Assembly (NCBI GenBank): GCA_034520965.1
Contig: JAXHMY010000001.1
Location: forward strand, 992,001 to 1,056,000
Direction: 5' to 3'
Source: Spirochaetia bacterium
Lineage (GTDB): Bacteria; Spirochaetota; Spirochaetia; DSM-16054; Sediminispirochaetaceae
DNA length: 64,000 nucleotides
Part shown: in pieces, positions 47,058-56,649 of the stretch
Layout of the letters: every line of letters begins with the position of its first letter
Position numbering within the stretch: the stretch's first letter is position 1
Translations under genes and position numbers: made by a program
The notes under the pieces: model-generated
Seen by the model: the letters and a program-made list of their open reading frames with translations, nothing else
Database searches by the model: none
Told to the model about the DNA's origin: nothing

Positions 47058-49064
47058 CTATATAGAACGTTCAAGGACCAGGAGGTTCATATCTACCTTC
47101 TCTTCGGCCGTAACCTCAACTCCGTTCACCCTGCAGGTGTGTATATGGGAGGGGACTTTCAGGTATATTGTTCCCGGGTTGCGGGTATCGGGATGGATTG
47201 AGTAGGAAATCCCTTCCCGGGTAACCTGAAAACCGACCACTTCTGAACCGGGCAGCAGCTGCCCGGTTGAACCGGCTACCGCATAGGCGTCGCTGCCGAC
47301 ATGCAGAAAACAGCGGGAGGAGTGGGGAGGGAGCATTATACTGTCGCCGTTCGTAAAGCCCTCGAGGGATGAATAGTAGAGCCCCGGTGCCGGCGACTGC
47401 TCTACCGCATGGTTTTCCAGGTTATGGAACAGCACATACTCACGCTCTTCAAGCTGAAAACGGGCCATATGGCAATTGGCCTGCTGGAGCACCAGAGGTC
47501 TGAGGGGAAACTGCGACAGATACAGCTGCAGCTCCTCACGGCTGTACTCCATGGGATTATCACTGGTGAATTGAAGTCCGCCATACACCCGGTTCACCAA
47601 AAATAGTGTGTACTGCTCTTCGCGGCTCAGTTTATGCCGCTCCGTCCGCAGGATAGAGACATCAGGGTCGCTTACAAAAGCCCGCCCATTCAGTCTGCGA
47701 CGGCCGATAGTACTTACCAGAGAGTTTACCGTAGAGACCCGTTCCCGATATCCCACCAGCTTTAGTCGGTGGTCCTCCCAGGTCGGAGCTACGTCGGCCC
47801 CGATCCGGCAATAGTCCATTCGCCCTGCAGCCGGAGCCAAAGGAACCCCGCAGCCAAGGGTCGCCGCATCTGCGCTTAAGCGGTGGAGCAGTTTCATGGC
47901 ATCATCCATGATCATACCGCGGCTGCGCCCGGAATGGGGCACCCGAGCCGCCGCGTAGAGAAAATCTAGCTTCAGAAAGCGAAAACCCCATACATCGATT
48001 ACCCGGTGAAAAACCTCCTGCAGATACTCCCGCACTGCAGGCAGGTATATATCGAGGGCATAAAAACGTCCCCTCCATTGAAAGGGGTTGTAGCCAAGCA
48101 GGAGAGGCCCGGCGTTTTCATCCTGCACACACCATTCGGGATGGTTCTGAAAGGTATGAGAATATTCTTCCACAATGAAGGGGGCCAGCCACAATCCGGG
48201 AGTAAATCCGGCAGAGGAGATCTCTGTGGCCAAGTCCTGCATCCGGCCGTCAAAACTGTTGTCAGTCTCCAGCCAATCGCCGATTGCCCTTTCCCAGCCG
48301 TCGTCAATTTGAAACACCTGGATCGGAATGTCCAGGTGCCGAAAGGCACGCAGGTTTTCGCGTACAATATCCGCAGTAATTGCCGCATAATGCTGATACC
48401 AGCTGGTCCAGCCGCCGACAAAGGGAGCGGTACTACGAAGATTCATTGCCTTAAAATAAGTATCAAATACCTCAGCTTCATCTCCGTGAGTTATGAACAG
48501 CTGCAGTAGCGGTGCCGACTTGTTCAGCTGCAGGCCCTCACATTCACGCTCAATCCGCAGCACCGAGCGCTCTCGATACCAATAAAAGCGGGTATAGCCC
48601 AGCCTCTCCGACAGACTGCCTATAAACAGCAGTTCTTCCGCATTGGAAAAATAGAAATGGGAGTAGCCATGAACATGCCCGGGACTATATTCTGTAAAAC
48701 TATAGTCACCGTATTTATCAAGGTGATATTTATTGATCCAGGGAATAAAGATGCGCCGCAGCCCCCTCATTCCCTCGTCGCATTTCCACTCCCGGCTCTC
48801 CGTCCAGCTTTGAAACCCATTCATGTACACGCGATCTACCTGGTCGTGGGGAATCCAGCGTTCGATGAAAAAACTCTGCAATGTTACAGCCCTACGGGGT
48901 TCTCCCCTCAAGCTGAGAACCGAAAAATTGTCTCCTTCAGACCACTCCTTACGCACCCGGATGTCAGTATTCTCGTCCACCCCGTCTTCATGTATAGCTA
49001 ACTCTTTTAACGCTCCGCTCTCGCTAAGCTGATAGACAAGCCGCCCTTTCCACCCCTTTCGCAT
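47058..49064 (-). CDS. GH36-type alpha-galactosidase
   Basis: NGFQSW, GWTSWY, QIDDGW, GLWLAPF, FLKLDFLY, CRIGADV, DPD. Confidence 0.88.
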   Translation of the reverse strand: MRKGWKGRLVYQLSESGALKELAIHEDGVDENTDIRVRKEWSEGDNFSVLSLRGEPRRAVTLQSFFIERWIPHDQVDRVYMNGFQSWTESREWKCDEGMRGLRRIFIPWINKYHLDKYGDYSFTEYSPGHVHGYSHFYFSNAEELLFIGSLSERLGYTRFYWYRERSVLRIERECEGLQLNKSAPLLQLFITHGDEAEVFDTYFKAMNLRSTAPFVGGWTSWYQHYAAITADIVRENLRAFRHLDIPIQVFQIDDGWERAIGDWLETDNSFDGRMQDLATEISSAGFTPGLWLAPFIVEEYSHTFQNHPEWCVQDENAGPLLLGYNPFQWRGRFYALDIYLPAVREYLQEVFHRVIDVWGFRFLKLDFLYAAARVPHSGRSRGMIMDDAMKLLHRLSADAATLGCGVPLAPAAGRMDYCRIGADVAPTWEDHRLKLVGYRERVSTVNSLVSTIGRRRLNGRAFVSDPDVSILRTERHKLSREEQYTLFLVNRVYGGLQFTSDNPMEYSREELQLYLSQFPLRPLVLQQANCHMARFQLEEREYVLFHNLENHAVEQSPAPGLYYSSLEGFTNGDSIMLPPHSSRCFLHVGSDAYAVAGSTGQLLPGSEVVGFQVTREGISYSIHPDTRNPGTIYLKVPSHIHTCRVNGVEVTAEEKVDMNLLVLERSI

Positions 49065-49067
49065 ACT

Positions 49068-49451
49068 CTATCTCTGCTCCACTATTCCTGCGAGGGAAGT
49101 AAACCTGTCTTCAATTATCTGCAGCTGCTCTTCACACAAGCCCACGTGCTTCTCCGCGGCCGCTTTCTCTAATTTCACGGCCGGCTCAGCCAGGCCGTAA
49201 ATTCTCAAATTCGTGGCGGTACCCTTAAGCCGATGGGCGTAGGCAACCAGATTCTTCCAATCCTGCTGTGCCAGGCAGCCCTTTAAGGGCTCCACATAAT
49301 GGGCCCTATCCTGCAAAAACTGCTGCACCAGTTCCAGGATGGTATTCTTGTCGATCAAAAGCGCATCCCGGGCCGCATCGAGGTCCAACCACTCACAGTT
49401 GTCGACTGGAGCATCGGAGGTAACATCAAATTTTTTGTTTTCCATCCTCAT
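49068..49451 (-). CDS. Stand-alone Hpt-domain protein
   Basis: AHRLKGTATNL phosphoacceptor His motif. Confidence 0.88.
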   Translation of the reverse strand: MRMENKKFDVTSDAPVDNCEWLDLDAARDALLIDKNTILELVQQFLQDRAHYVEPLKGCLAQQDWKNLVAYAHRLKGTATNLRIYGLAEPAVKLEKAAAEKHVGLCEEQLQIIEDRFTSLAGIVEQR

Positions 49452-49589
49452 ACCTTTTTTGAATATGTACTATTCTCTTAATATATCCTATTGAATCCCA
49501 GAAATCACTGTCAAGGAAAGCACTCCTCAAGGCCCTTGAGCGTTAACTTTATTATACTAAAAATCAGTAATGGAGAAGCACAGAAGACC

Positions 49590-50537
49590 TTAGTCGCGTG
49601 CCCGGTGGCGACGTTTTTGAACCCACATAAGCAATGCTCCGCCGAGGATCATCAAAAAGTTGAGAATTTGACCGGTAGTAAAATTCCATGGAGAAAGAAA
49701 CAAAGCCTGCGGATATGCCTCTGCAGCCAGCTGGATAGGGTAGCCAATGCCTATATCCGGTTCCCGGAAATACTCAATAATAAAACGCACAAATCCATAC
49801 CCGATTATGTAAATCCCTAGAAGTTGTCCGTTATATTTTTTGCGTAAACGAAAAATAAACCAGAGCAGCACCCACAGTACAATCCCCTCAAAAAAGGCCT
49901 CATACAACTGCGACGGATGGCGGGGCAGCTGAACCATCTGGCCGGACTCGTAGGAGATGCCCACCTGGTCGGCTACCCTGCGGACCCATTCGTTACGGGT
50001 AGAAAAGGCGGGGGCCTGGGGAAAAATCATCCCTATAGGGCTGGTGGTAACCCGGCCCCACAACTCGCCGTTGATAAAATTACCAAGCCGGCCGAAGGTG
50101 TAACCCAGCGGAATACCGGCTACTGCCAAATCGGTAATCCGCAGAAAGTTGAACTTTTTTATCCGGCAGTACGTGTATCCGCCGATGACCGCACCAATTA
50201 AACCGCCATGATAACTCATCCCCTGCAAACCCACCAAGTTCATCTGTTCATCAAAGGGCCAGAAAACCATCCACGGCTTTTGCAGATAGTATCCGGTTGG
50301 ATCGTACACTATAGTGGCAAAAACCCGAGCCCCTAACAGCAAGCCCAGGATAGTCCAGAAAAAGAGGTTCATTGTATCATCATCGCTTATCTCCAGGGTA
50401 TCCCGCTTCACTTGATAACGGAACAATGCATAAGTGATGCCGAATGCAACCAGATACATCACCCCGTACCAGTGAAAGGGCAGCCCCGGAATAATTACCG
50501 GGCTAATCCATTCGGGGTATTGTATATATGCGGGCAT
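49590..50537 (-). CDS. lgt: Prolipoprotein diacylglyceryl transferase
   Basis: WYGVMY, GMSYHGG, GRLGNFINGELWGR, RHPSQLYEA, RFIIEYFREPD. Confidence 0.97.
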   Translation of the reverse strand: MPAYIQYPEWISPVIIPGLPFHWYGVMYLVAFGITYALFRYQVKRDTLEISDDDTMNLFFWTILGLLLGARVFATIVYDPTGYYLQKPWMVFWPFDEQMNLVGLQGMSYHGGLIGAVIGGYTYCRIKKFNFLRITDLAVAGIPLGYTFGRLGNFINGELWGRVTTSPIGMIFPQAPAFSTRNEWVRRVADQVGISYESGQMVQLPRHPSQLYEAFFEGIVLWVLLWFIFRLRKKYNGQLLGIYIIGYGFVRFIIEYFREPDIGIGYPIQLAAEAYPQALFLSPWNFTTGQILNFLMILGGALLMWVQKRRHRARD

Positions 50538-50553
50538 ATCTCACTCCTTTTTC

Positions 50554-53500
50554 TCATTCGCTGCAACTACCTAGGCGTCCGTCTTTCTGATTAAACTCGA
50601 TGCTGATATTTTTTTCAGGCTTTAAGGCTTCATAAAAGCGGCCGTGGCTTTCGATTACCACCCCGGGATACAGGGTACCGCGAATTACTATCTTTGAACT
50701 GAAATGCTCCTCGTAGCGCTCCCGCAGGGTAAACAGACGCATGCTTCGCTTTTCTATCATTTTCAGACTCTTCAGCTTCTCCTGACGTATCTTCTCCAGC
50801 TGTCTGCGCTGCCCCTGCTCCTCATGCCGCTTCATCTCCATGTCCAGGGAGGTGACCCTCTGCTTCAGATTCTCTATCTCTTTTTCGTGCTGTTCGATTT
50901 GATCGGCCACCAGGTAATCCTGCCCAAAGGAGATAACCGTGTGAGTTTCCTTATCGTTTCCTATATTCTGAACCTCAAGCCCGTGTTTCGAGAAGGTCTT
51001 TCCACCGATCAAGCTGCCCTTCTCGGTCGTCAGACGCAAGACTCCATTACATTTCACCTGACAGCGCAAACAATTGTTGCGCAGCCGAATGTCGCCTACC
51101 GACAGAAGAGTTCCCTCCTCTACAAACATCGCCTCAATATCTTGCTTTGCCCGGATAACCGCCTTATTGCCGCCGATAATTCCCTGGGCAACCTTGATTG
51201 AATTGCCCGCAGACAGCAAGGCCCCCTCCACAGTTCCGGCAACCAGAATATCGCCGCCGGCCATCACAAAAAAACCACGCTGCACGTTGCCGGCAATCTC
51301 TACCGTGCCGGGAAACTTTATATTTCCGCAGTGCATATCCACATTCCCTTTTACCCGATGATGGACATGCACCCCAATGCTTTTTCCGTCATATTCCAAT
51401 TCGCCGCTTTTTTCAGCATACAGCAGTACAGTACCGTCGTCTTTTTCTTCACGGCGGATATTGTCGCCCACTTGAATTTCAACTCCCTCCCTGCCCTTGG
51501 CCTGAACCTCCTCACCACACACATTCCAACCGGCCTGCATACCTGCTCCGGCCGGCGGAACCTCTGCGATCAACTGGTTTTCCTCTACCGCAGTAATATC
51601 GTCATGCGACCGAAAATCGGCCTGCCCGGTTTTATCAATTTTTACCTGCTCACCACTGGCAAGCTGTACATGGAATTTTATTTTACCGGTATTCTTACTT
51701 TCGACCGGAGGGTTCCCCTCGGCAATTTCTCGGTTCTCTACCCCTTGCCCCTGTTTTGCCTCCAGAATCGCATCGCTGAGAGCAGAGCTGTCGATGCCCT
51801 TCACCACCTTGTGTTCCTCCAGCTTCTCGCTGACCCTGTTGATCGTCAGGGGAGGGGCAAAACCGCGGGCCTCTTCTAAAGAGATGAAGGCGGCCATCTT
51901 GTCCGGAGCAAGCTCCACCTCTATTTTCGCCTCGCGGTAGGGGCGAACTCGAAGCATCACACTCTGTTCACCGTCAACTACGTCAAGAATACCGGTTTCC
52001 TGGGCTACCAGCTGATCATCCTTCAGCAGCACATTTTCCTGCAGCGACATGGGAGGGTCATTCCCCGGAAGTCCGGGCAAAACCTTGCCGTAAATATCGA
52101 CCCCCTCCTCACCGGTATCGGTAGAGGTGATCTCCGCCACGATATTGCCGTTCTTTACATAGGCCATCCGTGAGACCACCGTCAGGGGGTAGTCGCTCAA
52201 ACTCGGAATAAGCTCCGCTGCGGAGCCGGCAGCCTCATCTGAAGGCTCCGCGGCAGGGTCGGGAGCAGCCTCGGCAGCGAGCTCATTCAGAAGGCTCGTC
52301 AGAATGCTCGTTAGAATGCTCATTAGAAGGCTCGGCCGTTTCCTGCAGCAGGGTATCCTGCTGCCGGGTCTCACGCTCATCATCACTCATAAAGCGGCAG
52401 CTGAACTCCAGACTGCGGTCAGAGCCTCGGGTCGGGGCTTGCCCCTCGACCAGCACATACTCTTCCAGCTTCAGTTGACGGCTGCGATAAAAAGAGACGA
52501 GATCCTCTTTAATTTTATCAAAGTCCATCCCCTTAAAGCCGCTTTTTTTTATGGCAGCTCCAATTTCCTTCAGCACCAGAGGCTTCCCATGTCCGCTGCC
52601 CTTCTCTGCGGACAAGAAGCCCTTTAGATGGTCCGAACTTGCCTCCACCTTGAACCAGCCGTCCCGGTCTTTCGTGATAGGTACATCCTTGAGGGGCTTC
52701 TGCCGCTGAACAGACACTGTTATCATTTGAGTGATCTTTTGGGCCGAAACCAACTCCTCATCACTGAACTGTTTCTGTTTTGCCGCCGCCACTATCTGCT
52801 CGGCCTTCGGCGGCCGGGCGTCTTTCTTCCCCGGAGAGAACTGCAGCAGACAGGTGGCCTGATCCTTAGAGACGGTCATTTCCCATTTGTGATGCTGAAA
52901 TGGCAAGACCTCTACCCAATTTTTTCCACGCCGTACAAACCCGGAATGGCTTGCATACAAAGCTTCGGCAGTTTCCTTTACCCCCCGTCCGGGGTACACT
53001 TTATCAGTGGATGTCTCCGGGATAGGAAGGGGTTTTCCGTAGACCGAGCGGCCAAGAACTCCCTCGCCCTCATTGTGGATTTCAGCAATAAGCGCCTCGG
53101 CCTCTGCCCAACCGGTTTCAATTACCTGGTGATCCACCTGGACCGGCTCTTCCGTCACACGGGTTTCCCACTTTTTCACGGTCTCCTGCTTCGGCTTACC
53201 AAAGGGAAGGTTGCTTTTTTTCTGTACCTGTTTTTCTACCTGAACCCGCTCATGCTTTTTTGTAGTAATATGCGGTTCAGAGGCCTTCTGGAGAATCCAG
53301 TCAGCATCCTGCTGCAGCTCTTCGGGCACCGGCTGCAGCTTCCAAATGTATTCTGGAGACGCGGGGGGCCGGGGTGGAGTACCTTGGGCTATAACCTGAG
53401 TGACTGTCTCCTCACTCGCATGGTCAAACTGCTCAACAGCGGAAGCGAGGGCCTCTTCGTTGACCCCTTCCACAATCCCCTTTTCTTCAAGCAGCTTCTT

Positions 53501-53608
53501 TATCTTCGGAAGGTTCCACACTTTTCCATGGGAATCCGCCTTGAAGACAATGGTCGCGGTGAGGTGAGCTTGATCAACTGTAATTTTAAGGCGGCCTTTT
53601 GTTTCCAT
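50554..53608 (-). CDS. FapA / DUF342 protein with multiple repeated modules (1-nt frameshift near 52285)
   Basis: Repeated DUF342 N-terminal modules and C-terminal VKGNVDMHCGNIKFPG...LYPGV. The two track ORFs fuse if one base is removed from GAATGAG at the end of a 12-bp tandem repeat. Confidence 0.85.
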
Positions 53609-53613
53609 AGCAT

Positions 53614-54771
53614 CTACACTTTAAATCCCTGCTTGAATCCCTGCTCCGCGGCCTTCATCAACCTGCTTTTCAGGAGCTGGTTCTCCTTTTTCAACGCACC
53701 GACCTCGTACTGCTGAGCACGAATAGTATCAATAAGATCTCCGCGGGTAAGGGCCCCGCTGTGCAGTAAGTTCTCAAGATCCTGAACCTTGGCATCAAAG
53801 TCAACTTCCGCTTCCATCTCCGCAGTTTCATAGGACTGCTCGAGGTTATTAAAATTCAACAAGCCCGACTGTTCCTCTTCTTTATGCTGAATTATTTTGT
53901 CGGCCATACGGTACACCGCCTGGCTTAGTACCGAGGCCGGCTTATACGCGACTATCGGAAGCCGGGAGCTCAAGGCGATCTCCTGGAGATGATCGTAATA
54001 AATGACCCCCAAATGCTCCATATCGATTCCCAGATATTCACGGCAGGAACGGCGAATCTTTTCCGCCTTCCTGGCATCCTTCGGATCTTCAAGCATGTTC
54101 ATCACCAGCATCGGTCGAAAACTGCGCATGGTTTCTTGAAACTGCTCGTAGCTCTGCGGATCTTCCCGTGAGATCTTCTCCAGCAAGCGAGGGATATAGA
54201 CACGCTGCAGCTGATTGCCTTCCTTACGGAAGCTGTCCAGATACGCAGCGGCTGCAGAGCCTTTTTTGAAGGAGTTTCCCATAACCCGGAACACCGTGTT
54301 TTTCAGAAAAAGATAGGCGTTTAGCGTGGCGGTAAGGGTTGGAGTGGTTACCAGCATGCCCCGGGAAGAGGTAAGAAAGAAATCAAGGGTGTTGAAGTTG
54401 GTTCCGGCCCCCAGGTCAGCTATCAGGTAATCGGCATCGACACCATACAGACGGCGGATCAGTTTGGCCTTTTGGCCGCTCTTCAGATTTGCCATGCCGG
54501 GTATCTCAGCATCTCCCGGGATAAAACGCAGGTTCTCATACTCAGTGGGCAGGATTATATCATCGAATTTGAGCTTGGAATCCAGCAGGAAGGTTCCGAT
54601 CCCGGTACGCACCCCGCTCTGCCCCAGAGTTAGATGCAGATTACTGGCTCCCAGATCAAGGTCGGCGAGAACAACCTGCTTTCCGTAACTTGCCAATGCA
54701 ACCGCCAGATTAGTAGCTACCAGGGTCTTTCCCACCCCTCCCTTGCCGCTGGCGATTGGTATTATCTGCAT
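53614..54771 (-). CDS. MinD/FlhG-like P-loop ATPase with C-terminal coiled coil
   Basis: ASGKGGVGKT, DLDLGASNL, DLGAGT..NTLDFF, NAYLFLK. Confidence 0.9.
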   Translation of the reverse strand: MQIIPIASGKGGVGKTLVATNLAVALASYGKQVVLADLDLGASNLHLTLGQSGVRTGIGTFLLDSKLKFDDIILPTEYENLRFIPGDAEIPGMANLKSGQKAKLIRRLYGVDADYLIADLGAGTNFNTLDFFLTSSRGMLVTTPTLTATLNAYLFLKNTVFRVMGNSFKKGSAAAAYLDSFRKEGNQLQRVYIPRLLEKISREDPQSYEQFQETMRSFRPMLVMNMLEDPKDARKAEKIRRSCREYLGIDMEHLGVIYYDHLQEIALSSRLPIVAYKPASVLSQAVYRMADKIIQHKEEEQSGLLNFNNLEQSYETAEMEAEVDFDAKVQDLENLLHSGALTRGDLIDTIRAQQYEVGALKKENQLLKSRLMKAAEQGFKQGFKV

Positions 54772-54774
54772 CTA

Positions 54775-55275
54775 CTACTCCTCGAAATTGTTTTCTACTT
54801 CAGTAATATCTACCGGCACAGTTTTAGATCTAGTGATTTTAGATCTAGGGAAAAGCGGTTTATATTTGACCAAACCTACCGCCGTAATCAAATCAACTAC
54901 AGTTATCAGTACTAACAAGGGCATCAGATTCGCAAAAAGTGCAGCCACGCCCCCCATTCTCACCGAAGAGCTGAGATAGTTAAGTAGAACCGGGATGATA
55001 CCCAGCTCATACAGCAGAAACAGGAGCCCAGCTGCCACTTGCAACAGCTTGGCCACCCCCACCACCCGGGCTACCACCCAGAAGCGCTGGGGCCGAACAG
55101 CCGGGAGAGCGGTGCCTATCAGAAAGGCAAAAGAGTATGACAACAGCCAAAAGAAAAAGAACCGGTACTCCATGGACTGTAGTGGGTTTAGATACATATG
55201 CAGAAGCTGTACCAGTAACACATACCTGGCAACCTCCCATATAAATGCTATTGAGGGAATAATACGGTGTCTCAT
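54775..55275 (-). CDS. Hypothetical membrane protein
   Basis: Four hydrophobic segments; promoter TTGACC-17-TACACT 9 nt upstream of the ATG; first gene of the MinD-FapA-lgt run. Confidence 0.75.
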   Translation of the reverse strand: MRHRIIPSIAFIWEVARYVLLVQLLHMYLNPLQSMEYRFFFFWLLSYSFAFLIGTALPAVRPQRFWVVARVVGVAKLLQVAAGLLFLLYELGIIPVLLNYLSSSVRMGGVAALFANLMPLLVLITVVDLITAVGLVKYKPLFPRSKITRSKTVPVDITEVENNFEE

Positions 55276-55323
55276 CTACAGCAAAGTGTACGCAGAGTAA
55301 AGACACAGGTCAATAGTGGTTAA

Positions 55324-56592
55324 TGGTTCAAACCATGGGGGATGCAATTTTTCACACGCCCCGTGCGAGTAAGGGCGATTACATCCACACATATTTGGGC
55401 CAGTACATCCCGTCGAACTTATCCAGGGTTCCGGTCATCCGAGCCCACACCATCAGTTGCGACCAGTTGAGCTTTACATGGGTGTAGAACTTGCGCATGG
55501 TAAAGATACCCCGCAGCCCTCTCGCGATTTTACCCCGAGGCACCCCGGCCACCTCGGCATGGGAGAAGTTCTGAAGAAATGGATCTCCGATGCGAAAAGG
55601 CTTAAAATAATTCTGATACAGCTGGTAGACGGCCATGCGCTCAAGACAGTTATTCACATTCTGAGAGAAACGCACCGTCTCGCGCACATGATTTGCATTA
55701 TCCTTCCTGAATTGCCTGTCCAGATAGTTGACAGAAAAAAGTGGATTGTCAATGGTGCGTTCGAGCTGTGAAGAGATTCTCACATGCTCAAACCTCCCCT
55801 CACTTTTTAGGCTCTGCAGCACATCCGAGCCCATGACCAATCTTTGATACTCTAACTTCTCATCGCTGTAGAGGCAGGTAAACCACCGCTTCTGCGCGTA
55901 TTGTTCGACCAGATCGACAATCTGCAGGAAAGACTGACTGATGGATATCCTCTTGCGGATGTAGTGCCTCTCCCGCTGGTCACGCTCGTCCTTCTGCAGC
56001 TCGGTCATCTTTCCCTTGCGCCGCAAATGGGCATAGTCGAAGGTGATAAAGAACTGTGAACGCTTGCCGGCCAGGATGTGAATGTTATTCGGCTGGTACT
56101 GATCGCTGACAAAGCTCTCGAACCCGTCGGTGACCAGATCCTCACAGGGAACATAGTCCTGCAGGACATCGGCCTGCAGCGCAATGGCCTGACGGGCGAG
56201 ACGGCCTAAGCGGTTGATGATCGCCTGGTGGCTGACCTCCATTATACGGGCGGTTTTACGCACTCCTCCGCAGTTGGTCATATGATCGAAAATCACCTGA
56301 TAGTCGAGCTTTCTCTTTACATAATAATCCAGGCGAAAGGTTTGCTCACTGAAACCTCCTCCGCAGCCGAGGCATTTGAAGCGGGTGACCGTCCCATGGG
56401 CCAGGGTCTCGTAGCTGCCATTGATGTGGTACCAGCGCCCATGGTCTGGGGGCTTTGTGTGATATTCACATTCGGGATGGGGACAAAATGGGGGGATAAG
56501 CATTGGCAGGCCTCCTCTAAAATAAAGTGTGGGTACACTCTAATAGAGAGGCTAAGTCGCCTCCCTGCTTCAATTCCCCATGGTTTGAACCA
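55324..56592. mobile_element. Insertion sequence (IS1-like), 1269 bp
   Basis: Perfect 17-bp terminal inverted repeats TGGTTCAAACCATGGGG (55324-55340 and 56576-56592), flanked on both sides by TTAA; one transposase-like ORF fills the element. Confidence 0.9.
55379..56503 (-). CDS. IS1-like transposase (Zn finger, HTH, RNase H-fold catalytic domain)
   Basis: CPxxxC...RFKCLGC, HTH (VRKTARIMEVSHQAI), LVTDGFE, LYSDEK, and VNYLDRQFR...RETVRFS aligning by eye with the IS1 ERxNxxxR...RKxxxFSK region. Confidence 0.8.
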   Translation of the reverse strand: MLIPPFCPHPECEYHTKPPDHGRWYHINGSYETLAHGTVTRFKCLGCGGGFSEQTFRLDYYVKRKLDYQVIFDHMTNCGGVRKTARIMEVSHQAIINRLGRLARQAIALQADVLQDYVPCEDLVTDGFESFVSDQYQPNNIHILAGKRSQFFITFDYAHLRRKGKMTELQKDERDQRERHYIRKRISISQSFLQIVDLVEQYAQKRWFTCLYSDEKLEYQRLVMGSDVLQSLKSEGRFEHVRISSQLERTIDNPLFSVNYLDRQFRKDNANHVRETVRFSQNVNNCLERMAVYQLYQNYFKPFRIGDPFLQNFSHAEVAGVPRGKIARGLRGIFTMRKFYTHVKLNWSQLMVWARMTGTLDKFDGMYWPKYVWM

Positions 56593-56649
56593 TTAATTAA
56601 CTTGACAAATGAGGCGAAACCTAGAAAATAAAGAATTAGAGAGGTTCAA

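Noticed and set aside
50540..50585. Additional frameshift at the FapA C-terminus (alternative ending VVAANEKKE*)
   Set aside because: Both endings are short and plausible, and there is no conserved motif to decide between them without an alignment.
55324..56592. This IS as the mobiliser of the double-hairpin MITE
   Set aside because: The terminal sequences (TGGTTCAAACC versus CAGCAATTCT) and target duplications (TTAA versus 9 bp) do not match.
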